Origin: Epithemia pelagica
Lineage: Eukaryota; Protista; Bacillariophyta
DNA: 64,000 nt
NCBI GenBank assembly: GCA_946965045.2
Contig: OX337228.1
Coordinates: 4,712,001-4,776,000 of the forward strand
Direction of reading: 5' to 3'
The notes under the pieces are model-generated. The model worked only from the letters and a program-made list of their open reading frames with translations. It had not been told where the DNA came from and did not search any database. Below are positions 44,962 through 56,287 of this stretch, in pieces. Positions within the stretch are counted from its first letter, which is position 1. Each line of letters begins with the position of its first letter. The position numbers and the translations under genes were made by a program.

Positions 44962-45562
44962 GGTTTGGACACTTTTGTTTCTAGCGAGGGCGTTGCTCCA
45001 CCGATAGGGAGAGGAAAAATGAATGGATCTCCGTATCCGTTGGATACTAACAGTTTTGAAGCGATCTAAGCGCGATCTATTATTTTCTGCGACTCCCACC
45101 ACGTTCTCTGAATTTTGTCCGTTGCCAAAATTTCGGAACCTCATTCCCCCGCAAGCCGATCGGGAAAAGTCGTGAAACCAAATGGGATCGATGGACGACA
45201 TCCGATCCCCTTTGCCCTTCTCTTTTCCAACATCGTCGGATCGGAGTTTGGAAAGGAACACACTCGAATGCATCGGATCTCCACAAGACCGATTCTTTCC
45301 GTTCACCCTCTCCCGATCCACATCACATACAACAGAGCTTCCGAATGATTCGCGATGCCACTTAGTGGCGTCGTCTATTCACTCTTGTGGATGTGCCCCT
45401 CATCCGATTAATCGCTCTCACAAATTCTGGATCGACAAGACTCCTCCGAGCACATTTTCGCTTCTCTCCATCACAATTTGGCACTTGCTTTGTTTCCGAG
45501 GAAAAAAGACTCCCCATTCTTCATTCTCCATTCGCCTAAAGTTTTTCTCCACGTTCATCATC

Positions 45563-46542
45563 ATGGTCCTTTGCCGAGTTCCCTTTATCGTGGTGATTGT
45601 GCTCCTCTCCTTTCTGGTGGTGACGGCCGACCACAGCAAAAAGTCTCACAGCAAAAAGAGCAGCAAACATGGCAAGGGATATTCAAGACAACGGGTGCGT
45701 ACCAAATGGATCTTGGCTGTGATCTCTCTAGTCTCCCAAGCTCCAAACCATCTCTCTCACACACACACGATGGCCTTGTGTTCTTCTTGTTGGTCCTCCC
45801 AACCACCATTTTGCAGAAATGCAAAGACTGTGGAAGCTTTACGACCCACAAACTCATTGACTGTCTCCCTCCCCAATCATCACAACCTGTCCTCGTAGCA
45901 CCCGATGTGGGGCAATGTGCCCAAAATGTGCACGAATGGATCTCCTTTGTTCAAGTGCATCATCCTCAATGTCACTTGGCCAGTGTCTCGGATGCCTTTC
46001 AATTGCAATATTTTGCCACTCATGATTCCCAACAACATCCCTTTTTGCTGGGAATACTGCGTCATGAATTTCATGCGCTCGCCTGTTTCAAGCAACCCTC
46101 GGACAAGACGTGCAATCGACATTGGTACGATTTCAAGGGTCACGAGGTCAAACTCAAGGCCGAACAGTGGTACAATGGGTTGGCCAATACCAAGGTGGAT
46201 CCGGACCAATTTTTGGACGTGGTGACGACGGTAGCCTACATGGACGGACAGGGCAACGCTCTCTTGCACGATGCTCCGGCGTCTCAACTCTTTTCCCATG
46301 CCATGGTCGAATGCTGTATTGACGATCAATGTTCCCGAACCCAAGTGGATCTGGTCGAGGAAGAAAATACGACGACGGGAGTCGACGACCCGGTGCGTCA
46401 TCGACAACGACGAGCCCAAGGACAACAACAAGAACCACAAAAGCTCCAACAACAACGATCCAAGCGGAAACGGGGACTTTCTGCTCCCTCGCCCAGACGT
46501 GCCGCGGCCCACGCCCCTACGGCACCCGCAAGGGCAATCTAA
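45563..46542 (+). CDS. Secreted Cys/His-rich protein with an N-terminal Lys cluster
   Basis: Exon 45563-45694 (signal peptide, then DHSKKSHSKKSSKHGK), a phase-0 intron 45695-45816 (GTGCGT…CAG), then exon 45817-46542. Confidence 0.65.
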
Positions 46543-47188
46543 GATTGTAATAGTTTAGGTTCTCAATCTCACGTGGATGGACAGCGGACCATCCACAATC
46601 AATCCGTGTCTCTTGGACACTAGCTCCGACCGGGACCCGCATGCAAGAAATCTGGGAAAATGACGGCAGTGGAGACATGGAAGCCATCGAACCATTTCTT
46701 CTCGCCTGGTTTCGATCGGATGGTCCCTCACACCTGTATTCGTAGCTATATATGCATAAAGGTTTTGTTTCCATATTCCTATTAGTCCTTCTCCAAACAC
46801 ACTACTCCTAGGACTCCTAGGAGTACCTACCTAGAGACACCGTCAACGGATTTATCCATAGCTAAGGCAAGCTATCTCTCTAGCTTGACTGCCGCGCTGA
46901 CCGTTGAATTTCAACAAACACCATGAGCAGTTCATTGTGAAAAAAAAACAGGACAAAACAAGCTCATGAACAAACAAAAAGTACAAGAAGAAAGAAGAAT
47001 TACATAAGGTTACCCCCATCATTCTTGCGACACAGGGAGTGAGCCGTAGTTGTAAAACTGGTTTACCGAGAGGATTGGCTGGATGAAGCTTCTCGCATAA
47101 AATCCCTTTCCATCATCTCGGAATCAATTTTCCACGGCTCGATTTGACAAGAAAAAGAACAAAGCTCTCACACTCATATGCGACAACT

Positions 47189-48553
47189 ATGAGATCTTCG
47201 ACATGGATAATCCTTTTCATACTTGGATTGGCATGCACTTGGAATATTCTTTTTCAGCAGCGAACAAATGGATTGGTTTTTTCTCGCTACAATTTTTCTA
47301 TTCACAATGAAGTGCTTCACTTGTTGTTGTTACCAGAACAAGACTCCGTGACAACCAACACAACAGTGATGTCAACAACAGCAAATGAGGGCATTCTTCC
47401 ATCCATGTCAAACAATTCACTTCTCGACAAGCAGTCTCCTTCTCCAGAGGATAACGCCGACGACACGCCCCGAAATCTCGATCGCCGAATTGCCGACAAG
47501 AGTATTTTGTTCGTTCACATTGGCAAGGCGGGAGGGGAAACCATCAAGGGTATTTTGCGCGTGGGCTGTACCTCACGTGCCAACAAAAACCGTCGCCGCC
47601 AGTGTTTCCATGCATTGGTGCCCAGTCGACTTTCGACCAAGGTTGGGGCCTACCTTCATTGTTTCGACTATAAATACGATGAGCCCCTGGAGGCAGGAGG
47701 CTCTGTCTTTCCGAAAAGGAATCCGGACGACTGGGCCTTTTTGTTGAATCTGCGACATCCGGTTGATCGGGCCAAGTCATGGTACGAATACGTTCATCCA
47801 TACAATTGCAACAACGTCACGGACAGTGTCCAATGCAAAGCTGCAAGGAGTTGGAAGAGTGACCCCAATGGGTGGGTGGCTCAATTTTATGGAACCTGTT
47901 TTCCGACCCTCCAAGATTGGGCGTGGGCGGTTACTCCACCGCAGCAACAACAAGAACTTGACAACGAATCCCAGGCTCAAAGAAGAAATGGCTCCGCCGT
48001 CTCTAGGAATGCTGTCAATTGTACAAAGTTGGCCTTCGATGCCTTTCGTGGCAGCTCCAACCTGGCAAAGGTTGGACTGACCGCACATATGCGTGCCAAT
48101 TTGCAAAGCTACGCACATTCCCCACTCCAACTTGTCCCACGAACTGCATCCTCTCGGAACAATTCACGAAACAACAAAAAGGACAAATCCATCACGCGCA
48201 ATGGAGACCGTCCTGTGCTATTGGTTCGAACTCGTTTGTTGTGGTCGGATTTGAAAACTCTGGATCGTCAATTAGGCGGTACAGGGAACTTTGGCGAATT
48301 GGAAGGATCGGCCTATACGCATGGGAGTGGAGCCTACCGTAAAGGAAAATCTCAAGATAATATGACAATCCTTGTCCGTGCCATGTGTTGCGCCCTTATA
48401 GACGAATTGCGTACCTATCGCCTCTTGGTCCAAACCGCCGCCAATTGGAATACCACGACCAAACAGGAGGAAGAAACCTATCTCCTTGAACGGTGTGACG
48501 ATCAATGGCAAAACTGGAATGATTTGGAGAAGTATTGCACCAACCCATCATGA
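47189..48553 (+). CDS. Type II membrane sulfotransferase-like protein
   Basis: N-terminal TM segment; 5'-PSB-like FVHIGKAGGETI and 3'-PB-like LRHPVDRAKSWYEY motifs. Confidence 0.72.
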   Translation: MRSSTWIILFILGLACTWNILFQQRTNGLVFSRYNFSIHNEVLHLLLLPEQDSVTTNTTVMSTTANEGILPSMSNNSLLDKQSPSPEDNADDTPRNLDRRIADKSILFVHIGKAGGETIKGILRVGCTSRANKNRRRQCFHALVPSRLSTKVGAYLHCFDYKYDEPLEAGGSVFPKRNPDDWAFLLNLRHPVDRAKSWYEYVHPYNCNNVTDSVQCKAARSWKSDPNGWVAQFYGTCFPTLQDWAWAVTPPQQQQELDNESQAQRRNGSAVSRNAVNCTKLAFDAFRGSSNLAKVGLTAHMRANLQSYAHSPLQLVPRTASSRNNSRNNKKDKSITRNGDRPVLLVRTRLLWSDLKTLDRQLGGTGNFGELEGSAYTHGSGAYRKGKSQDNMTILVRAMCCALIDELRTYRLLVQTAANWNTTTKQEEETYLLERCDDQWQNWNDLEKYCTNPS

Positions 48554-48673
48554 TGACGAAGCCGTAAGACGCAAGAGAGAGCTTGATCAATGTTCCATTG
48601 AAACGAGTTTCTAGTAGAGACCCTGTTGGATTGCCAATATGGTTTAACCTTCGACCGCACCAAACGCGTCATC

Positions 48674-49192
48674 TCAAGCCTCAGACTGCGCGTATGCTCC
48701 AAAGTATTGGAGAAGCCTCTGTTCATAAGAGGACCGTGGGGAGAATATCGATGCTGCTTCAAGCTTTGGCTTTTCCTCCCCGTGGTTGGTTTGGGGCCAC
48801 GACAAGCATGTGTTATGCTGCTCTTTCATACCTTTGTCTTCTGCTGTCCATGTGGTGCTCGTGTGGCGTTCCAGATAATGGGCCATCTGAACAAGAGCAT
48901 GGGTCTCTGTCTCAGAAATGTCATGACCGTCATCGTTGTCGTCTTCTTCTGAGTCGTTCTCGTGGTTGCTAGGAATCTTCTTGTTTGGCGTTAGCCATGG
49001 ATCGACCATTTTGGTGCTTGAATACGTTTTACGGACATGACGACGAATTTTGCGGTTTCTGTTGCTACCGAGATTGGGACTCGTCCCTGTTTGAGTGACG
49101 ACGCAACCAACCACTCCGCTCACAACCACCACGAGGGCTCCCGACCATGTCGCCCATGCGATGATATGTGTCGTAAGAGACGAAGGCAACAT
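48674..49192 (-). CDS. Hypothetical membrane-anchored protein (172 aa)
   Basis: ATG ORF filling the gap between two genes, with a hydrophobic N-terminal segment and an acidic patch; no domain recognised. Confidence 0.35.
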   Translation of the reverse strand: MLPSSLTTHIIAWATWSGALVVVVSGVVGCVVTQTGTSPNLGSNRNRKIRRHVRKTYSSTKMVDPWLTPNKKIPSNHENDSEEDDNDDGHDISETETHALVQMAHYLERHTSTTWTAEDKGMKEQHNTCLSWPQTNHGEEKPKLEAASIFSPRSSYEQRLLQYFGAYAQSEA

Positions 49193-49481
49193 GATGATGA
49201 GGGTTTCCCTTTTCCTTTGTTTACGGGTTGTCGTTGTATTTCTATTGCTCCTAGGAATATGGTACTTTGTCCATTTTTTGTTTCTCAGGCCATGCGGTCT
49301 ACCCCATAGCTTCTTTTGTGACAGGTAGAACTTATCGCGATCGGGAACAAAACAGGCGTGGCGGGATTATTCCCGCCACGATGCTTTTCCAGTCAGTCGC
49401 ACAATAGGTGGATCTCATTTGCTAAGGTACCAGATAGGACTATAGCATATCTTCCCTCAGTCTAGAGAGACCACAACAACC

Positions 49482-50753
49482 ATGGCACCTTTGACCGATG
49501 GAACGGCGACACCGTCCACAACGGGCGGAGGTGGCAGCGTCACGGAAAATTCTGGATCAATGGCTATATCACCCACAGCTGCTGATACAAGCACAACTAC
49601 CACGGGCACGGCTGGCGGAGACGGAGGAGCAACGCCGGTCACGGTATCAGCCGAAGAGGACTTGCGTCGCCAATTACGTACCTTGGCGCAGAATTTGAAG
49701 CGTCGAGAACCACTCAAGCCAACGTACAAGCATTTACTGACGGATGGGATCGTCACGATTCGCAAACCTACCTTGCCCAAGGACAAATTTTATCGTCGAA
49801 TTGGTTCTCGTTTGCGGGTGACGGTGGAAGCCTTTGCGACCGAAATGCAGGGGAAAGACCCCTTTGATCGGATTGCTCAACGGCAAGAACTGGAGACGGA
49901 TAAAATGAGAGCCGCTTTAACGTTACGTGAATTTAAAGAACATGAACAAACGCCGTTGTTAGAGGCTACTCTGACGGCCATGCTGGCAGCAAAACGACGA
50001 GTAACAGGTGGAGGTGGCGCAGGACAAGGTCCTGTAGATGAATTGTCACGAAGGAGGTATTTGGATGGAGTGGCCTTGGGATTGCAACATCAATCTACGA
50101 AAAAGCCACGCAAACTATGGACTGCCTTTCGATCGAATTCTGCTTCTTCCTCGTCGAACAAGGTTGCTGCCGTGACGGAACACGACCAGAAACGACAAGA
50201 AGCACGACAACGAGAAGAATTGAAACAACAACAACTCCAAGCACAAGAAGAACAACAGCAACAAAATCGTCGACGACGGACTCCACAACCGCAACACGAA
50301 GGATCCAAAGGAGGATCGTCGTCCGGTTCACAAGCACCTCCTCCACCCGAAACTCCGCAACAAGCCTTGCATAAGTTTTACCAACCCATTTTCAAGCTTT
50401 TATGGGATATGGAGTTCCCCTACTTGGGAAACACCAATCCTTTTCGTATGGTGATTGATCGAGAAAATTGTGCCGCTGTGGGTGCACCGGATTATTTTGA
50501 TATTATTGAAAAACCCATGAATTTAACCTACATTCAGCAGAAGGTCGATAATTTGTCCTACACGGCCCTCTCAGGATTCTTTCAAGATGTGGAACTAATG
50601 TTGCAAAATGCCTTACTTTACAATTCCGATCCCCACAATCCATATCGTATTGCCGCGGAAGAGATGCAAAAGAAATACAAGCGCGCTGCTAAGAAAGTCG
50701 TTCAATCCATTGAAAAGAAGTATGGAAACAACAATAACAATAACACTAGCTAA
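49482..50753 (+). CDS. Bromodomain-containing protein
   Basis: C-terminal NPFRMVID…APDYFDIIEKPMNLTYIQQKV…DVELMLQNALLYN. Confidence 0.9.
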   Translation: MAPLTDGTATPSTTGGGGSVTENSGSMAISPTAADTSTTTTGTAGGDGGATPVTVSAEEDLRRQLRTLAQNLKRREPLKPTYKHLLTDGIVTIRKPTLPKDKFYRRIGSRLRVTVEAFATEMQGKDPFDRIAQRQELETDKMRAALTLREFKEHEQTPLLEATLTAMLAAKRRVTGGGGAGQGPVDELSRRRYLDGVALGLQHQSTKKPRKLWTAFRSNSASSSSNKVAAVTEHDQKRQEARQREELKQQQLQAQEEQQQQNRRRRTPQPQHEGSKGGSSSGSQAPPPPETPQQALHKFYQPIFKLLWDMEFPYLGNTNPFRMVIDRENCAAVGAPDYFDIIEKPMNLTYIQQKVDNLSYTALSGFFQDVELMLQNALLYNSDPHNPYRIAAEEMQKKYKRAAKKVVQSIEKKYGNNNNNNTS

Positions 50754-50942
50754 ATGTTGCTATTGCCATCATGTGTATTCGTCGAAAACAGGAATTCGGG
50801 GGATGGTTCTCTTTAATGATGAAAGATCGCTGACGCAGACTTCGCTTCGAGTATATGTGCAAACTTTTTCACAGAGATGGGTTTTTGTCGTCGTCTCTGA
50901 TATGCACCTTGGTATTAACACGTGGGTCAAGAATCACAGCAA

Positions 50943-53144
50943 CTAGGACTCTTCAAAATCATCACATGCGCCTCCAAGTGGATGCTCTCCTGTGTCATCG
51001 TGGGACATCAGGCGAGCGAATTGTACCGTGTCTTCATCGCCACATTGTGAGTACATGGACAACCACATGTCCTCGTCACGTCCCAAGGTTACTTGTTGAT
51101 ACAGGTGGGCCGTATCGGTGTTGTTGTTATCCTGTTGTTGCCGCTGTTGAGTGCTGCTGTTTTCATAGGCCAATTCGGGAGGTGCACGACATGGAAACCA
51201 AATACCTCGTTCTATTTCACTTTCCAATTGTCGTGGTGCCCAACTGCTGCATCCAACAAAAAAGGAGAATTGATCGTCTGACAGTTGGCCTTTTGACACG
51301 GCAGATGACGCTCGCGTAATGTCGCCTCGAAACTTGATGACTCGGGCGGATGTAGTTTTCGTATCAGTCTTCGAGCCACCGTCTTGTGGTTCCGTTGCAT
51401 CCTTGTCCATGTCAGTGTTGTCCGGTGAATCTTCACCACTATCAAACAATGGAAAATTTTCGTCATAGTCTTCTTCCTTCTCCGTGTTTTTGCCTTTTTT
51501 CTCTTTGGAATTTTTCTTGTCGTGGAGCTCAGCATAGGGCAATACGATTCCACCGACTTTTACTTGTTTTTCAATACCAGGTGGTATGGAATGCATCATT
51601 TGCAAGGATCCATGGACCGGTCCGCCATCACGGACAATACACTTTCCAAAAGCTGATTCAAAGTCCGTCGGTAACTTTTGAAACGTTTCCGACAAGGTGA
51701 ACGGCAGACCGGTGGTAGGAGAACAGGCTACTCGATTGACAATCACCCCATACGTTCCATACTCGGGTGTAAAATCATCGTCAAAGTCGTCCTCTTCGTC
51801 ATCATCATCATCATGATCGTCGTCGTCGTCGTCGTCTTCTTCTTCATCCTCATCAAGTTCCCCAAGATCCAAGTCTATGCCTTCCTCTTTGGGACTCTCG
51901 CGTTGTGTCCCACTGGGTTCTCTTTTCTCCGACAATGAAGGACTATCTTCATCCGTCCTGCTGCTTTCACTGCTACTGGTTTCCTTAGGACGACCCGTTG
52001 ACTTTGAATCTTGTTGTTCTTTTTTGGATGGCGGTGGTTTGGGTTCAGGCGGCGGCTTTACCATGGCGTGAGGACGATAGTGACTATCATCCAAAATACA
52101 TATGACCGATCGTTGAAAGTATCCAGTCAAATTGGGATGAGCTACCAAGAACGTTCCTGGTTGCAAATACGACGACGCAGGACGAGTCGGCAATGGAGTG
52201 ACCTTCCATGACTTTTTCGAGGGTGACGTAGACGAATCAACTGAGATGTTCATCTTTCTATTCGATTGTTCCAATTGTTTTTGTTTCGTTAGCAGTTCTT
52301 GGTGCCAGGCCAACTTTTCATTGAGTCTTCGCAAGGCCCAAAATGCCACGCGTTGTCGCACTGCATTAGAAAAGGGTGTACTCAAAGCGTTGGAGGAGGC
52401 CATTGCTGTGTTCGAACGACGTCTTTCTTTCGGTTCGGGAGGTGTCATGTACGAGGCTCGGAATTCTCGTTGAATCAAACGGCGAAGTCGAAAGGGATCA
52501 GTCTCGTGCTGCTGTCGCACATGATGAGGAAACTGCATTTGACGATCACCCATAGAGCTTCCGGACACAACTTCTCGTAGTAACTTGCGAAACAACATAT
52601 GTGTGAGTTCTGTTCCATAGATGCCTTCTTCTTCTTCTTCTTCGTCGTCGTCATCCTCACCCTCGTCGTATATTACATCTTCTACGCCATCTTTATTTTC
52701 ATCCGCAGGCTGTGGTTCATTGTCGTTGTCATGCTTTTTCTCGACTTCATTGTCGCTGTCTGGCGAACTGTCTTGTTGTGTCGAGGGTGTCGATGATATA
52801 GACGATGCAGTCGACTCCTTGGAATCATTCTTGTCCTGGTTCTCAGTCCTTGAATCTCGACGATTGAAAGGGCGACGAGATGAAGGCATTTTGGAAGACA
52901 CGTAAGAAAACCATTCGACGTCATCGTCTCCGATACCTGATCGATCTAGTAAACATTGCAAGGTGATGGCATGCGGAGAGGGAGGAGAGAACGGTTCGGC
53001 GGCACGTAGCAAGGATCGATACAAACTCAACACTATGCGCCGTTGACGTTGGAAATTCTCTTGTTTTTGTTTCTGGGCTTGGGATGGCGATAATGCTGCT
53101 CGACTAGCTGATGCTGCTGTGGATGCGGCTCGTTTCCAAACCAT
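50943..53144 (-). CDS. DUF179 (YqgE/AlgH) protein with an N-terminal LYR-like motif and presequence
   Basis: LSLYRSLLRAA near the N-terminus. GTFLVAHPNLTGYFQRSVICIL, GVIVNR, DGGPV and FFVGCSSWAPRQLESEIERGIW, interrupted by acidic insertions. Confidence 0.78.
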   Translation of the reverse strand: MVWKRAASTAASASRAALSPSQAQKQKQENFQRQRRIVLSLYRSLLRAAEPFSPPSPHAITLQCLLDRSGIGDDDVEWFSYVSSKMPSSRRPFNRRDSRTENQDKNDSKESTASSISSTPSTQQDSSPDSDNEVEKKHDNDNEPQPADENKDGVEDVIYDEGEDDDDEEEEEEGIYGTELTHMLFRKLLREVVSGSSMGDRQMQFPHHVRQQHETDPFRLRRLIQREFRASYMTPPEPKERRRSNTAMASSNALSTPFSNAVRQRVAFWALRRLNEKLAWHQELLTKQKQLEQSNRKMNISVDSSTSPSKKSWKVTPLPTRPASSYLQPGTFLVAHPNLTGYFQRSVICILDDSHYRPHAMVKPPPEPKPPPSKKEQQDSKSTGRPKETSSSESSRTDEDSPSLSEKREPSGTQRESPKEEGIDLDLGELDEDEEEDDDDDDDHDDDDDEEDDFDDDFTPEYGTYGVIVNRVACSPTTGLPFTLSETFQKLPTDFESAFGKCIVRDGGPVHGSLQMMHSIPPGIEKQVKVGGIVLPYAELHDKKNSKEKKGKNTEKEEDYDENFPLFDSGEDSPDNTDMDKDATEPQDGGSKTDTKTTSARVIKFRGDITRASSAVSKGQLSDDQFSFFVGCSSWAPRQLESEIERGIWFPCRAPPELAYENSSTQQRQQQDNNNTDTAHLYQQVTLGRDEDMWLSMYSQCGDEDTVQFARLMSHDDTGEHPLGGACDDFEES

Positions 53145-53837
53145 GACGGATCAAAATCCAGCTATATGTTGATTTCTCTTCCTTTGTCGGTGTTTTTCTT
53201 GAGATTTGGATTGGTGACAATGAAACCACCTCCACCACCGCACTCAAACCAACTGCTGCTGAATCAAGCTAGCAGAATCAGGAATAAGATATGGTTTGGT
53301 CAATATTTGATGGTGTGATGGCAAAAAAGATTCTTTCTGGATTCTGTGGATACCTCGCAACTCGCGATAGCTCGTTCTGGTGTGGAGGTAGGAGTGTATC
53401 TGGGATCCGTCTGTATGGTGTCGTCCTCTTCACTGACTGACTGTCTGTCGTCCTCGGAAGTTTCCGCGCCGGGCGACCCTTATTGTAGTGATTTATCGAG
53501 GAATGAGTCGCTCTATAAAACGGATGTCAAGTCTCATCCGTTTTCGAGTCGCTTCATTCTTTTGTGTGGACCAGCAGTCCATGTTTGGAATCTGGAAGCC
53601 GCATTCAAGAGATACTCCCTCGTGATCGATCCGAGATGCCGATAGCTTTAAGAAGAGAACCTCATTGATGTAAGTAACTTCCGTGAAGTTGGATGAATGG
53701 ATGGCGACAAGTGGACTGTCGGCAGCGAGTTTCAATTTGTTATCCTCGTTCTCATTCTCTCATGTTCGTACGTATTGATGATATCCTTCTCTGTTCTTCT
53801 AGCTACTTTCCGCACCAGTCCATTGGAAAAATTCATC

Positions 53838-55442
53838 ATGCAAGACGTATACAAAGAGAATGTGTCGACTGAGGACTTTATACATAGAGGGCGAGCTTGT
53901 TCAAAATCCATGCAATCAATTCTGGTAAGCCAAAAACCTCGTGTTTCTCCAACGCGAACGAGACCCGAGCGTCAGAAGGTGAATTCTGACACCACTTTAT
54001 TCGTTTGTAACACTAGGGAGATTCTACAAATTGGACTAGGGATGACTGTGGTCGACGGAGGAGCGCGCGGCTAGAGGCCAAAAGGGGAAATGTTGATAAT
54101 GCGGACGGCACGGTGCTAGCCTCTTCCAGTGATTGTGGCAATGTGCAATCCTGCAGCAAGCCGGCTTCCAAGCGACCTCCAAGGCCAGAACGCAAAAAAG
54201 GGTCAAAGAAGAAGGGGGCATCCCTTGAAAATTTTGATGTACTTACAACCATCGATAATATTCCATCCACACACGCTGATCTTTCTCCCGAGATTCCAAC
54301 GCGGAAGCGGCCAAAGCCTGCGAATGGCTACGAGAAAAAGACGGCATCTCATAGAGTATACGAAGCTCCATCTGATCCGAAGTTCCACGACAATCATACC
54401 CTGATCATGAATCCTTTTGATGCAACAAACTATACCCGCGGTGTAGGCGCTCATGATATTCACAAGCTAGAAAGCGCTGTAGAAGCAGCGGACTATATCA
54501 CAGACATATATCAACGTTTATACGAAGCTGAGGTACGTACCAAAAAGGATGGTGACGGAAAGGATATGACGAGAGCTCTATCTCATTCGCTCGTTGATAT
54601 TTGAAGAACCGCTTTCAACTGATGCCGTACACAAGCAACCACAAACGTGTGAACTCCAACGTGCGACAATCAGTGGTGGCATGGCTGAATAAGATGTACC
54701 ACATACTTCAATTCGACCCACAAACGTTCCACCTCTCCGTGTATATATTTGACCGATACTGCATCTCGAGTCCCAACGATTATTGCGCTGATCTCCAGCT
54801 TGTAGCGACAGCGGCATTGTTAATATCAACAAAGTACGAAGAGGTTGATCCACCACTGGCTTCGGACCCCGTCAGTGGTTTTATTGAGGACTGGTATACG
54901 ATCGATCAAGTGGCTCTCATGGAACAAAAGATCCTCATGAAACTTGATTACAGACTGGCGGCTCCCACTGGCAACAGTTTCCTCCTGAGATTTCTCACCT
55001 TGACCAAGGCTTCTCGCAAAATGTCAAAGGCGGCGAACTTCTATCTTGAACGTGCCATGTTCTGTGATAAATTCCTGGGTTTTCGTTCTTCCGAAGTTGC
55101 TTTGGCATGCGTATGCCTTGCAATCAGCCATCCCGGTATCCATCACAAGGATCGCACCTATGATGCCAAAGCAATGGTACGTCTTGACGATGGGCTAATG
55201 GAAACGGTTTGTGCTGTGAACACTCATGAGTTTCCTTTCCGTAGACATATCTTCTTCTGCAGTACACTACGTTTACTCGCTCTCAGCTACTAGGCGTAGC
55301 AACATTGATTGTCAGGGAACTATCCTTTCCCGTGTATAGCTGGGACGATTCTTACGTGTGCCATTCGGTTCTTATGGGAGCGGGATATGGATCTATATTA
55401 AGATTGAATCCACCGAGAATGTCTCAACTTGTGTTCGACTAG
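53838..55442 (+). CDS. Cyclin (A/B-like, divergent)
   Basis: Proposed exons 53838-53924, 54017-54532, 54607-55176 and 55245-55442, all joined by phase-0 GT-AG introns. Cyclin box VAWL…FHLSVYIFDRY…LQLVATAALLISTKYEE; N-terminal KEN. Confidence 0.8.
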
Positions 55443-56287
55443 CGCAGACAGAGCCAACCAAGAACGATTTACAATGGAATTGTAGATTGATGAGTTCCAT
55501 GGTTTCCTTGATAACCATGTTTCGTGATCTAGAGCTAATTGTCTGGGAGTGGCCCCAATGGCGTTGTGTTGTAGTTTCCATTTGGTCTTTTCACATTGAT
55601 TCCGATTCTACTATACGGGGTAAAGAGACTCTTGTGGCTGGAAACTGGATTTTAGTTTTTCTACACATGATTGCAGCGTAAAGGAGATGCGTTCGACAGA
55701 TATGACGCGTTCCTCTCCGTTTACCTGATTTTAGAGCATTCCTCAACTGCAGGGTCGTTTCTCGTTCATACTTGGAATGCATACAGATCAATTGGGCTTC
55801 CAGTCATGGTCGACGGAGAGAGAGGACAAGAGGAATAATAGGGGACCTCTAGAATAGAATATGCAACCTGTGGTAGGAGTAGATGGATTATTTGAGTCGC
55901 ATCCGATTCTGGATGGATCCAAGACCAAGATCTGATCCCACGGGATCAAGACAAGAAAAGGGCGCGTTGTACATTCATTGCACTTTTCCGGAGCGCTAAA
56001 GATTCGTTGGAGTCCACATCATCGTCATCTGTTGGCATTTGGCATGTCGGTGTCGGCGGGTGCATTTGTATGGTGCGTGTCCTTGACACTTCGAACATGC
56101 ACATTCATGGACCGTGATTGAACTATCATTGATGTCCCACAAACACACGAGACCTGTCATCACATCATCTCTCTCCTCTTTCTCTCTCTGTGCAGTTTCC
56201 TGGTTTGTATCATAACACTTTCCTTCCTTTGGTGGATAGATGGGGGTAATGAGAGTGTCACCCAACCAACCACGACAGCATCCCATC

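Noticed and set aside
44962-45321. Upstream 120-codon extension of the PRMT ORF
   Set aside because: No PRMT similarity; probably UTR or promoter shared with the divergent gene.
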